Source: Eledone cirrhosa (Eukaryota). From it: a stretch of 64,000 nucleotides of DNA. The notes below the pieces were generated by a model. It searched no databases. It saw only the letters and a list, made by a program, of their open reading frames with translations, and was not told the DNA's origin. Location: contig OZ024758.1 of NCBI GenBank assembly GCA_964016885.1, positions 24,924,001 to 24,988,000 on the forward strand. The letters run 5' to 3'. Shown piece by piece: positions 54,091-64,000 of the stretch. The position numbers were made by a program, and so were the translations under genes. Each line of letters opens with the position of its first letter. Position 1 is the first letter of the stretch.

Positions 54091-56669
54091 TGTGAATGCC
54101 GAGGAGTTCCATGAGGAGGTGTGTAGAGCTGTCAACACCACTCAGGCACACAATATCCTGCTTGTTTTGGGGGACTTCAATACACATCTGAGTAAGGAGG
54201 GCAGTGAATAATCCTTGCTGGTACTTCCATAACAACACCAACCGAAATGGAAGACTACTGAGAGACACCCTGCTGGAGGCGAACTTGATGGCGACCAACC
54301 TAAGGTTTAGGAAGAATCTGGGGAAGATGTGGACCTACATCTCAGATATGCACCTGTCCAAGTCCCAGATTGATTTCATTCTGGTGAGGAAAAGGTGGCG
54401 GAATAGTGTTCTGAACACGGAACCATACAGCTATTTCAGTACACTGGATAGTGACCACCGGCTTGTTATGAGTGAGGTCCGCGTGAGCTTAAGAAAGAGC
54501 AAGGCTCAGCCCCGGAGAACAATCTATGACTGGGGAGCTTTCAAGGAAGATGATAAGCTACAGGAGAGGTTCACAGTGGAAGTGAGAAACAAGTTTAGTG
54601 CTCTGTGTGGAGAGTCAGAGGAGAGAGAGATTGGATGGACTGAGGAGAGTGTGACGAGGAGGTACGGGCACTTCACCAATGCAGTGGCGAGAGCAAGTGA
54701 AACCCTGGTGCCGAGGAAAAAGAACAAAGGGAAGCACGTCAGCTCTGCAAACCCAAAAGTGTGTGCAGCCAGAGAACACCTGAAAGCTGCCAGGGACCAA
54801 TTCTATGCTGATCCTACGGAGGAGAGGATGGAGACTGTGGAGGTGATGAGGGAAGAGCTCTGTACCGCTTACACTGAGGTCAGAGAGGAGGCACTGATAG
54901 AGAAGATCAGAAGTGTGGAGAGAGCGGTTGACAGATCTGGATGTAAGGAGAGCTGGATGATCATCAACGAGATCACAGGGAGGAAGAAAAGGTGTTCGAG
55001 TCAGATCCAGGGAACGGGGCCCGAGGATAGGAAGAGGAAATGGCTAGACCATTTTAGGACCCTACTAGGAGAGCCACCCTCCACAGCCCAGAGCACTGGG
55101 GAGATCAGGCGGCTGTTTGAGGAACTGGATGTTGAGACAGAGCCCTTCACCAGAGAGGAGCTTCAGAGAGCCAAGAAGAAGATCAAGGAGGGCAAGGCTC
55201 ATGGAGAAGATGGAGGGGCATCAGAGGTGATGAAGAGGTGTGATTTTGATGATATCATCCTGGGGTTCTGTAACGGGGCACTGGAGAAAGGAGTTGCCCC
55301 GAATCAGTGGAGGATCAGTAACATCGTCCCAGTGCCAAAGAAGGGAGATCTCTCTAACACCAACAACTACCGGGGGATCTCACTGACGTCACTTGTGGCA
55401 AAGACCCTCAACAGGATGATTCTTAACAGGATCCAGCCTGAGATGGAGAAGAAGCTCAGGGACAACCAGAACGGCTTCAGAGAGGGTAGATCAACCACCA
55501 GTCACATCCTGATGCTGAGGAGGATATTAGAGGGAGCTAGAGCAAAGTGCCTTCCTGCGGTCATGGTTTTCATTGACTTTAGGAAGGCCTTTGATTCTGT
55601 GGACCGTTACTGCCTGATGAAGATCTTACAGGCTTATGGAATCCCCAAGAGGATAGTGGACCTGATATCACTGCTCTACACCAACACCAAAGCCCAAGTC
55701 ATTACACCTGATGGGATGACAGAGTTCTTTGAGATACTGGCTGGAGTGCTCCAGGGAGATACATTGGCTCCCTACCTTTTTATCATCGTAGTGGACTATT
55801 GTATGCGCCTTGCACTGGAGAAACACCAGGACTCTGGCTTTACTGTAGCACCGGCTCAGAGCAGGAGAGTTGGGGCGAAAAAGGTATCGGATGCTGAATT
55901 TGCCGACGACATAGTTTTGGTGACAAATACAGTGAAGGAGGCAGAGGATTTGATGCGGGAGGTTGAGACTGTGTCGATGAGTGTGGGGCTGAGAATGAAT
56001 GAGACTAAAACAAAATATCTGGTAGAGAATATTGAGAAGCCAGAGGGGATCACTAATGTAGGCGCGAAGCCGCTGGAATTGGTTGAGGACTTCCTGTATT
56101 TGGGAGCAAAGATTGGGAATGCGGAAGATGATGTGGTTGAGAGGAAGAGCAAGGCCTGGGCGGCGTGTCACAGCTTGAGATCGGTGTGGAAGTCGGACCT
56201 TCGTAGAGACCTGAAAATCCGCCTCTTCATTGCTGTAGTGGAGTCTGTGCTGCTGTGTGGGTCTGAGACTTGGACACTGACCAAGAGACTCACTCAGATG
56301 GTGGATGGGTGCTACACGAGAATGCTGAGGATGGCTCTGAACATTAATCAGTATACACTGAGGATGAAAAACTCAGAGCTGTATGGGAGCATCCCAAAAG
56401 TCAGCTCAAAAGTGACACAGAGAAGACTGAGGTTGGCTGGACATGCTCACCGGCATCCAGAGTTGACATTGCACTCAGTGCTCCTTTGGGAGCCCCTACA
56501 TGGACACACTAGAAGAGGAAGACCAAGGTTAACATATGTTGATGCCCTAAGGACAGACACTGGTCTGTTGGAGATGCAGGATATGGCAGCGATAATGAGG
56601 GACAGAGACCGCTGGAGAGAACTCGTCCATGGATCTCGGGAATTTTACCCGCCTTAGATAGATAGATAG
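54091..56669 (+). mobile_element. 5'-truncated RTE-clade LINE in the tubulin intron
   Basis: TSD atacagcta at 54082-54090 and 56670-56678; (TAGA)n tail; sharp GC shift from the flanks. Confidence 0.95.
54204..56657 (+). CDS. LINE ORF: C-terminal part of the APE endonuclease plus reverse transcriptase (817 aa open)
   Basis: IDFIL and SDH (APE); PKKG, YRGISL, QNGFR, DFRKAFDSV, QGDTLAPYLF, FADD and YLG (RT); RTE-type GRPR C-terminus. The upstream GDFN motif (54170-54181) is out of frame by one base. Confidence 0.95.
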   Translation: MNNPCWYFHNNTNRNGRLLRDTLLEANLMATNLRFRKNLGKMWTYISDMHLSKSQIDFILVRKRWRNSVLNTEPYSYFSTLDSDHRLVMSEVRVSLRKSKAQPRRTIYDWGAFKEDDKLQERFTVEVRNKFSALCGESEEREIGWTEESVTRRYGHFTNAVARASETLVPRKKNKGKHVSSANPKVCAAREHLKAARDQFYADPTEERMETVEVMREELCTAYTEVREEALIEKIRSVERAVDRSGCKESWMIINEITGRKKRCSSQIQGTGPEDRKRKWLDHFRTLLGEPPSTAQSTGEIRRLFEELDVETEPFTREELQRAKKKIKEGKAHGEDGGASEVMKRCDFDDIILGFCNGALEKGVAPNQWRISNIVPVPKKGDLSNTNNYRGISLTSLVAKTLNRMILNRIQPEMEKKLRDNQNGFREGRSTTSHILMLRRILEGARAKCLPAVMVFIDFRKAFDSVDRYCLMKILQAYGIPKRIVDLISLLYTNTKAQVITPDGMTEFFEILAGVLQGDTLAPYLFIIVVDYCMRLALEKHQDSGFTVAPAQSRRVGAKKVSDAEFADDIVLVTNTVKEAEDLMREVETVSMSVGLRMNETKTKYLVENIEKPEGITNVGAKPLELVEDFLYLGAKIGNAEDDVVERKSKAWAACHSLRSVWKSDLRRDLKIRLFIAVVESVLLCGSETWTLTKRLTQMVDGCYTRMLRMALNINQYTLRMKNSELYGSIPKVSSKVTQRRLRLAGHAHRHPELTLHSVLLWEPLHGHTRRGRPRLTYVDALRTDTGLLEMQDMAAIMRDRDRWRELVHGSREFYPP

Positions 56670-56719
56670 ATACAGCTACGCAGCATGGAAATGAAAACGT
56701 CTTGTATAACTACGTATAA

Positions 56720-57187
56720 TAATCGTTTCTACTTTTGGCACAAGGGGCCAGCAATTATCCCAGTATATTACTGGTACTTTATTTTATCGACCCCGTAAGG
56801 ATGAAAGGCAAAGTTAACCTCGGCGGGATTTGAACTCAGATCGTAAAGGGACATGTATAATAATTGTTTCTACTTTAGGCACAAGGCCAGCAATTACTCA
56901 GTGCATTACTGGTACTTTATTTTATCGACCCCCGTAAGGATGAAAGGCAAAGTCAACCTCGGCGGGATTTAAACTCAGATCGTAAAGGGACATGTATAAT
57001 AATTGTTTCTACTTTAGGCACAAGGCCAGCAATTACCCAGTGCATTACTGGTACTTTATTTTATCGACACCGTAAGGATGAAAGGCAAAGTCAACCTCGG
57101 CGGGATTTGAACTCAGATCGTAAAGGGACGTAACTATGCTGGAAAGCATGGCGTCCGACCCTCTACCGATACTGCCAATCCACCGCC
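56720..57187 (-). mobile_element. Tandem trimer of SINE family A
   Basis: Three head-to-tail cores; gacatgtataataat at the junctions and the right flank. Confidence 0.9.
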
Positions 57188-57321
57188 CACCGACATGTAT
57201 AATAATATTTTAAATTACATGGATCTGGTAGGAAAATTAATTTAGAGAATGTTTTAAAAATATCGACACACTTCGGTATACTCTTTTTATATATTTTTTT
57301 CGTTTCTCTATGTTAGTATAG

Positions 57322-57628
57322 GCGGCGAATTGTCAGAGTGGTTAGAACGTCGGATAGAAGGATTTATGGCATTCGTTCCGGTTCTCTGAGTTTAAATCCT
57401 GTCAGGGTCAGCTTTGCCTTTCGAAGTAGATAAAAAAAAAGTACCAGTCTAGTACTGGGGTGGTTTCTTCCTCTATATCTCTTTCTAACTTCCTCTCTCT
57501 CTCTCTCACTGGAATAAATCTGCTGTACTCAGGCCTGGAGAGGGCTGGACTCCGCCAAGCTTAAAATGCCTCCAAAATGCCGTATGTCAATACGGCTCCC
57601 CTATCAGGGGTTACCGGACCATACCATA
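57322..57628 (+). mobile_element. SINE family B ending in ggaccataccata
   Basis: A-box, B-box-like motif, core and B-type 3' region. Confidence 0.85.
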
Positions 57629-57659
57629 TATATATATTGGGATATAAATTATTGATAAT

Positions 57660-58703
57660 TATTTCTACATTTGACACAAGGCCAGAAATTTTGGGGGAGT
57701 GGAGAGTCGATTAAATCGACACCAGTACATTACTGGTATTTTATTTTATCGACCTCGTAAGGATGAAAGGGAAAGTTAACCTCGGCGGGATTTGAACTCA
57801 GACCATAAAGGACCGTAACTCTATGCTGCAAAGCATGGCGTCTGACCCTCTACCGATACTGCCAATGCATCACCCTTACACTATATTCTATAAAGTTATA
57901 TTACAGATCGGTTGGAGACGGTTGATTATGTCGAGACCCACTAGAAGGATTTTTGAGGGCTCTGCTCCAACAACCCTCTCAAGAATAAATGGGCGTAGAA
58001 GAAGAAGAAAATATTGTGGCACCAACAATAGAGAGCTTGTCGTATCGCAATTGAAGGGTGGCCGTGGGGGTCTTCTCAACAAATTTTAACAGAGTTTCTA
58101 CGGCTGGAAGCCCTCCCTAACACCAGCCACTTTACAGAGCCTATTGGGTGAGTTTTATCGTGCGCTTTTCTCGTCACCAGAGAGATTGTCGGTCATATAT
58201 ATTTATACATATAAATATATACATATATGTAGATATATATAATTGTTTCTACAATAGGCACAAGGCCAGCAATTATCCCAGTGTATTACTGGTACTTTAT
58301 TTTATCGACTCCCGTTAGGATGAAAGGCAAATATATATCCCTCGACTGGATTTGAACTCAAAATGGCAAGATATGTAGATATATATATAGATATATATAT
58401 AATATATGTAATATATATATAATATATGTAGATATATATAATATACATAATTAATATATGTAGATATATATAATATACATAATTAATATATGTAGATATA
58501 TATAATATACATAATTGTTTCCACTTTAGGCACAAGGCCAGCAATTACCCAGTGTATTACTGGTACTTTATTTTATCGACCCCGTAAGGATGAAAGGCAA
58601 AGTTAACCTCGGCAGGATTTGAACTCAGAATGGCAAGGGCCGTAACTCTATGCGTCAAAGCATGTCGTCCGGCCCCCTACCGATACTGCCAATCCACCGC
58701 CCT
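57660..58703 (-). mobile_element. SINE A copies (57660-57870, 58240-58365, 58511-58703)
   Basis: Cores on the - strand. Confidence 0.85.
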
Positions 58704-59158
58704 TATATATCCTATATATAATATACATAATATATGTATATTTATTCCAGGAACGCCTGTATATGATATGACCATCAGATTTCCGCTTTATAATGATGCA
58801 ATTAAAAGCAATGTTTTATTGCTATGGGAGCTCATTAAAAGATGATTCCACCTGCATGATAAATATTTTCACGAATCCAGAATATTTACATCTCATGTGG
58901 AAAATGGAAGTCAACGAAATTACTAATCCTATGAAAGACTTTTTTCATTATGTGGATAACGATATTGTCGAGTTAATGACGTCCGGAAGTTGTTTTTTAT
59001 TTAAAACTAGCAAAAGAGCCTGTCATTGCCGGGCACATCGTTCGCTACTGTAAATAAAGCCCCTCCCCCCCCCCCCCCCATCTCCCCTCTCTCTCCTCAA
59101 CATGGCCGTCTTTAAATAGCCTCAGAACTCTGCTATTTTAGAGGAGAGCAATATTTAA

Positions 59159-59404
59159 CCCTTTAGCATTCACATTACTTTATATTTACCATTGTATTTT
59201 CACAGAAAAGGCTTTATCTCACGTAATTATCTCACATAGTATTGAAAATACAAGATTTTGGTATTATTTATTTTGAGAACAATACCTTAATGGCGGTATG
59301 AGTGACCGATTATGTCCAGTTTGAACAGAAAGGGGTGAGAGAATTTTGAACAGAAAGGGGTGAGAGAATTCTGAACGGATGTGGCTGGTTTAAATGCTAA
59401 AGGG
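59159..59404. mobile_element. piggyBac-like MITE
   Basis: TTAA|CCCTTTAGCATT...AATGCTAAAGGG|TTAA: perfect 12-bp TIR. Confidence 0.88.
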
Positions 59405-59554
59405 TTAAACTATATGTTGACATGCTCCGGGAACTAAATAACCTATGTATCAACCTTTGAACAAAATCGGATGGAAACTGTGGAAATGCATCGCATGTAT
59501 ACAGACAAATAGATATTTTCGTTTCTCTCTCTATATATATGTGGATAGATAGAT

Positions 59555-59910
59555 TTCTTTATTAGCCACAAGGGCGCAACAAGAAAGGGGACAATACAAA
59601 GACATGCCGGGGATTTTACATACAGTCGTGTAAAAAATATAAAAACAAACAATTTCAACAATCGAAATCCCCAATAGGGGGGAGGCGCCACAAATGGGTT
59701 GTTTAATACCCCGTCGATAGAGCAACCCTCAACTCAAGGAGCGTGTTGTGCAAGTGCTCCTTTCTTCCTTTTGCTCTCTTCCTCAACCTACAGGCTTATA
59801 AACAGAGAAGGCCCAATCACTCGGGCCATTTTCGCTTCATTCACCCACCTTTCAGTAAATTTACTGGGGTGCAGTGCCTCTCTCTCCACCCTGATTCTCC
59901 TTCTAAAGTG
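59555..59910 (-). mobile_element. 3' end of an L1/Tx1-like LINE with a 20-bp TSD
   Basis: The - strand gives RRRIRVEREALHPSKFTERWVNEAKMARVIGPSLFISL*, a 3' UTR and AATAAA. TSD atatatgtggatagatagat at 59535-59554 and 59911-59930. Confidence 0.72.
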
Positions 59911-60037
59911 ATATATGTGGATAGATAGATAGATAGATAGATAAGTTTATATGTTTGTATTGAGAATGGGTGACAATATGACTTTAAAAGCAGCAGCTTT
60001 GATAATGTTATGTTTTATTTATTATTTATTATCTTTA

Positions 60038-60860
60038 GTGGATTGGCAGTATCGGTAGAGGGTCGGACGCCATGCTTTACAGCATGGAGTTACGGCCCTT
60101 TACGGTCTGAGTTCAAATCCCGCCGAGGTTAACTTTGCCTTTCATCCTTACGGGGTCGATAAAATAAAGCACCAGTCACGCACTGGGGTAATTGCTGGCC
60201 TTGTGACAAAAAGTAGAAACTTTATTTAGGGCAGTATCGGTAGAGCGTCGGACACCATGCTTTACGGTATAGAGTTATGGCCCTTTACGTTCTGGGTTCA
60301 AATCCTGCCGAGGTTAGCTTTGCCTTTCATCCTTACGGGGTCGATAAAATAAAGTAGCAGTAATATACTGAGGTAATTGCTGGCCTTGTGCCAAAATTAG
60401 AAACAATTATATCCTATATTTATTTGGTATTCTACTGATATGGAATGTTCTATATAACATTCAACGATCTCTTTGGATTCTAAGTTGTTTGATTCTTCAC
60501 TGTATAGTGCAATACCAATACCACGGTTCTTAGTCACGAGTTGACATCACGTGATGCTACCACGAGAAATGTACTTAACTGATCTAATCGAGACTTTATA
60601 TCTACTTTACAGAAACATTTGCTAATTGGAAACGCCAAGATTGTCATTTCATTATTATATTTTAGGGCGGTGGAGCGTCAGACACCATGCTCCTCGGCAA
60701 AGAGTTACGGCCCTTTACGTTATGAGCTCAAATCCTGCCGAGGTTAGCTTTGCCATTCATCCTTGCGATGGTCGATTAAATAAAGTACCAGTAATGCACT
60801 GCGGTCGATTTAATCGACTTTCCCCTCCCCCCAAAATTGCTGGCCTTGTGCGTAAAGTAA
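60038..60860 (+). mobile_element. Three SINE A copies (60038-60221, 60229-60408, 60665-60860)
   Basis: A/B boxes and core. Confidence 0.88.
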
Positions 60861-60942
60861 AAAAATCATTATTATTTTTTTGTTGTTGTTTTGTTTTTAA
60901 CACGGTGTTTTTAAAGAAATTTATTCTCTCTTTCTTTCCCAG

Positions 60943-61095
60943 GCTGACCAATGTTCCGGGCTGCAGGGATTCCTGGTGTTCCATAGTTTCGGTGGAGGAA
61001 CTGGAAGTGGGTTTTCTTCACTCTTAATGGAAAGATTATCTACAGATTACGGCAAGAAATCTAAATTAGAATTTGCTGTGTATCCAGCGCCTCTG
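60943..61095 (+). CDS. TUBA: Alpha-tubulin exon ([10 protein letters not shown]...GGGTGSG...[14 protein letters not shown])
   Basis: ttcccag acceptor and CTG|GTAATC donor; 153 nt, phase 0-0; tubulin signature GGGTGSG. Not in the ORF track. Confidence 0.97.
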
Positions 61096-61284
61096 GTAAT
61101 CAAATAACGTCATCTCCTGTCTTGTTATATTCGTTTTTGTTGTTATCTTGCTTTCCTGTAAACATTTAGTTAGTTAAAAAAACAAAATTTGTTTTCGTTC
61201 ATAACATGGTGGATACCCATTCATAAGTGAATAAGAATAATAATAACAACAATAACAACAACAACAACAATAATAATAATAATG

Positions 61285-61640
61285 ATTTCTTTATTAACCA
61301 CAAGGGTTTACATAAAGTAGACATTAAGGACAGTGCAGGACAATACAGGACGGTACAAATGGGCATTTCTGCGTGTAAAAAACAAAAACAGAGGATGTAA
61401 CAAAAAAAATAACAATGAAAAATTCCCCAATAGGGGGGAGACTTCGGAGGGACATTTGTGGAGAAAGCCCAGTAAAAAACCACAGTGACCCTGACCACCA
61501 GGGCAAGTGCCCTCTAGACACATACTCAGAGTAGGCCCATTCACTCGGGCCATACTTGCTTCTCTCACCCATCTTTCAACAAAATGCTGGGAAGAGAGCA
61601 CTTCCCTCTCTACCCTCAACCATCAACACCACCAGCAGAG
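61285..61640 (-). mobile_element. 3' end of a related L1/Tx1-like LINE
   Basis: Translates RVEREVLSSQHFVERWVREASMARVNGPTL; shares the UTR motif ccccaataggggggag with 59555-59910; aataataataatgatttctttatt occurs on both sides. Confidence 0.7.
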
Positions 61641-61679
61641 ATGGCAGCAACAATAATAATAATGATTTCTTTATTTAAT

Positions 61680-62725
61680 AATTGTTTCTACTTTAGGCAC
61701 AAGGCCAGCAATTACCCAGTGCATTACTGGTACTTTATTTTATCGACCCCGTAAGGATGAAAGGCAAAGTCAACCTCGGCGGGATTTGAACTCAGATCGT
61801 AAAGGGACGTAACTATGCTGGAAAGCATGGCGTCAAACCCTCTACCGATACTGCCAATCCACCGCCCTTTTTTTCTTTATTTAATAATAAGTATTTATAT
61901 ATGCATATGCACAGTTTTTTTTTTGTTTTGTTTTTTAATTCTAATCAATGTGCTGTATTAAGTGGCTTACCAATGCACACTGTGAATTTATTTGCCCTAG
62001 GTGTCAGGAAGACACTCGGCATATATCTCAGATACGATAATGAATGAAAATGAAAATGATAATAATAATAATAATAATAATATCAAAATATTATTAATTT
62101 TCGGGGTTTTTTGGCGGGGCGCGGGGGATAATTTTCGGCAAAGCGGGTTGTAAAATCGCTTGGTATGCATATGAGGCTAATCAGCCAATGTTTACATTTG
62201 AGAATACGATGTATTCTCAGCAGTTCCAGTTAGTAGCAAACACGGGAATATACAATCTTGATAAGGAACAAACACTCCGAAACAATTGTCGATTGTTTTC
62301 TCTCAACTACCGCCGGAACAAAAGGATGAATCTGTTCATCTAGAAAACACACGTGGTGTTTATGAAGCTCATTGCTTGCTAAACAAACTGAATATTCGAG
62401 GTTAACTTTGTCTTTCATCCTTAAGGGGCCGATAAAATAAAGTACCAGTAATACACTAAAGTACCAGTAATACACTGGGGTAATTGCTGGCTTTGTGCCA
62501 AAAGTAGAAACAATTATTATAATTGGCAGAATCGGTAGAGTGTCAGACACCATGCTTTGCAGCATAGAGTTATGGCCCATTACGTTCTGAGTTCAAATCC
62601 CGCCGAGGTTAACTTTGCCTTTCATTCTTACGGGGTCGATAGAATAAAGCACCAGTAATGAACTGGGGTCGATTTAATCGACTTTCGCCTCCCCCAAATT
62701 TCTGGCCTTGTGCCTATACTAGAAA
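61680..62725. mobile_element. SINE A copies (61680-61867 -, 62397-62512 +, 62524-62725 +)
   Basis: Cores and B-boxes. Confidence 0.85.
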
Positions 62726-63516
62726 TCATTATTATAATATTTTTGTTATTCACTCACGAGTATATTTAGTTCTTCCTTATTTGAATCAGAATTCCGATCA
62801 ACAAATTTCTTGGTGAGTTTTCTATGGGAGAAGGGAGGGCATTCATTATATGTTTGTATAATAGGGAGAGATTAGAAATACGTGTTGTGTTATCCAAGCC
62901 CATTCTCAAATATATTGACTGAGAATCAGAAGTGAAACGGCTACAGTTATTCCAAAGTCTTATAACAGTCAACCTGTCTAGTCGTGAAGAAGCAGCTAAA
63001 GCCAGACTGACAACCTCTAAACACCCAAACGCGGAGTGCCATGAAAAAAAGTACCCCAAAACGGGGAGATTTTATATAATGAAAGCTATACCCGTTTTTA
63101 CAAGAGAAGACATCTGTCAGCCACCCCAAAGTGGGTGGGAGATCTCCCCGTCGGACGGGGAGAGTTGGCAGGTCTGCTAAAGCTCAAAGTTGTTACTATA
63201 TATATGCAACTTCTGATAATCCTCCTGATCACATTTGTCGCATTGAGTTGAGGCTGCTTTTTATAAGATTACTAAAACTGTATCCTAAAACACTTCTCAA
63301 ATATCTGGAATGATGTTGCTTCTACACAGACTGTGCTCTGCATTCTAGACTGCGTTTCTCACTCCTAGAATAATACCAGAACCAAGATTCAACCACAAGC
63401 TCATCAACAAGATGGTATCTTCTATTAACTTCTGTTATGGTTCCCGCTTCGTTGAGCTAGCTATTTACAATTCTCACCAAGCCTACTCGATCTCCTTTAA
63501 GGTGAGCCTGCAAAGA

Positions 63517-63977
63517 TTAGGGGTTATAGTCAGAGCAAGGTTATGGTTAGGGTTAAGTTAGGGTTGGGGTCAGGGGTAGGTTAGAGTCAGGGTTAGGTTA
63601 TGGTTAGGGTAAAGTCCGGGCTAGGTTATGGTTAGGGTTAAGTTAGGGTTGGGGTTAGGGGTAGGTTAGAGTCAGTGCTAGGTTATGGTTAGGGTTAGGT
63701 TAAAGTCCGGGCTAGGTTATGGTTAGGGTTAAGTTAGGGTTGGGGTCAGAGCTATGTTAGGGTTAGGGGTAGGTTAGAGTCAGTTCTAGGTTAGGGTTGG
63801 GTTAAAGTCCGGGCTTGGTTAAGGTTAAGTTAGGGTCAGGGCTAGCTTAGGGTTAGGTTATGGTTAGGGACAGGTTAAAGTCAGGGATAGGTTATGGTTA
63901 GGGATAGATTACAGTCAGGGTTAGGTTAAGGCTAGGTTAGGGTTGGGTTTAAGTTAGGGCTGGGTTAGGTTTAGGGC
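63517..63977 (+). repeat. Degenerate TTAGGG-derived array with higher-order units of about 85-100 bp
   Basis: ttatggttagggttaagttagggttggggt...aaagtccgggct recurs at 63541, 63626 and 63717. Confidence 0.9.
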
Positions 63978-64000
63978 GGTCTTCTTGAAGGCGGTCTTCT

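Noticed and set aside
54524-56171. Antisense ORFs within the LINE
   Set aside because: Shadow ORFs of the RT coding sequence.
62001-62153. ccctag|GTG TCA (VS...) as the next tubulin exon
   Set aside because: Only two residues match VSTAVVEPYN before it runs into (AAT)n and a stop.

Overview
AT-rich, repeat-dominated animal genomic DNA. The SINE families, microsatellite load and TTAGGG repeats suggest a coleoid cephalopod such as Octopus (inference). The only recognisable host gene is a divergent alpha-tubulin on the + strand. Three coding exons are visible (52228-52459, 52871-53019, 60943-61095); the ATG exon was not located and the 3' exons probably lie beyond the window. Its luminal loop lacks K40 and has a 3-aa acidic insertion. 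A young 5'-truncated RTE LINE with a 9-bp TSD sits in one of its introns. The rest is tRNA-derived SINEs, MITEs, LINE 3' ends and large micro/minisatellites; nearly all long ORFs in the track are simple-repeat artefacts. The most notable hidden structure is a dense set of short non-coding elements embedded in (TA)n tracts. They belong to several sequence-unrelated families, are mostly folded back as inverted duplications, carry type I hammerhead ribozyme motifs with compensatory stem changes, and share a GAGTRC motif about 45-65 nt before the (TA)n junction. This fits Penelope-like pLTR or retrozyme-like elements. Two multi-kb satellites appear to have grown from retroelement 3' tails.
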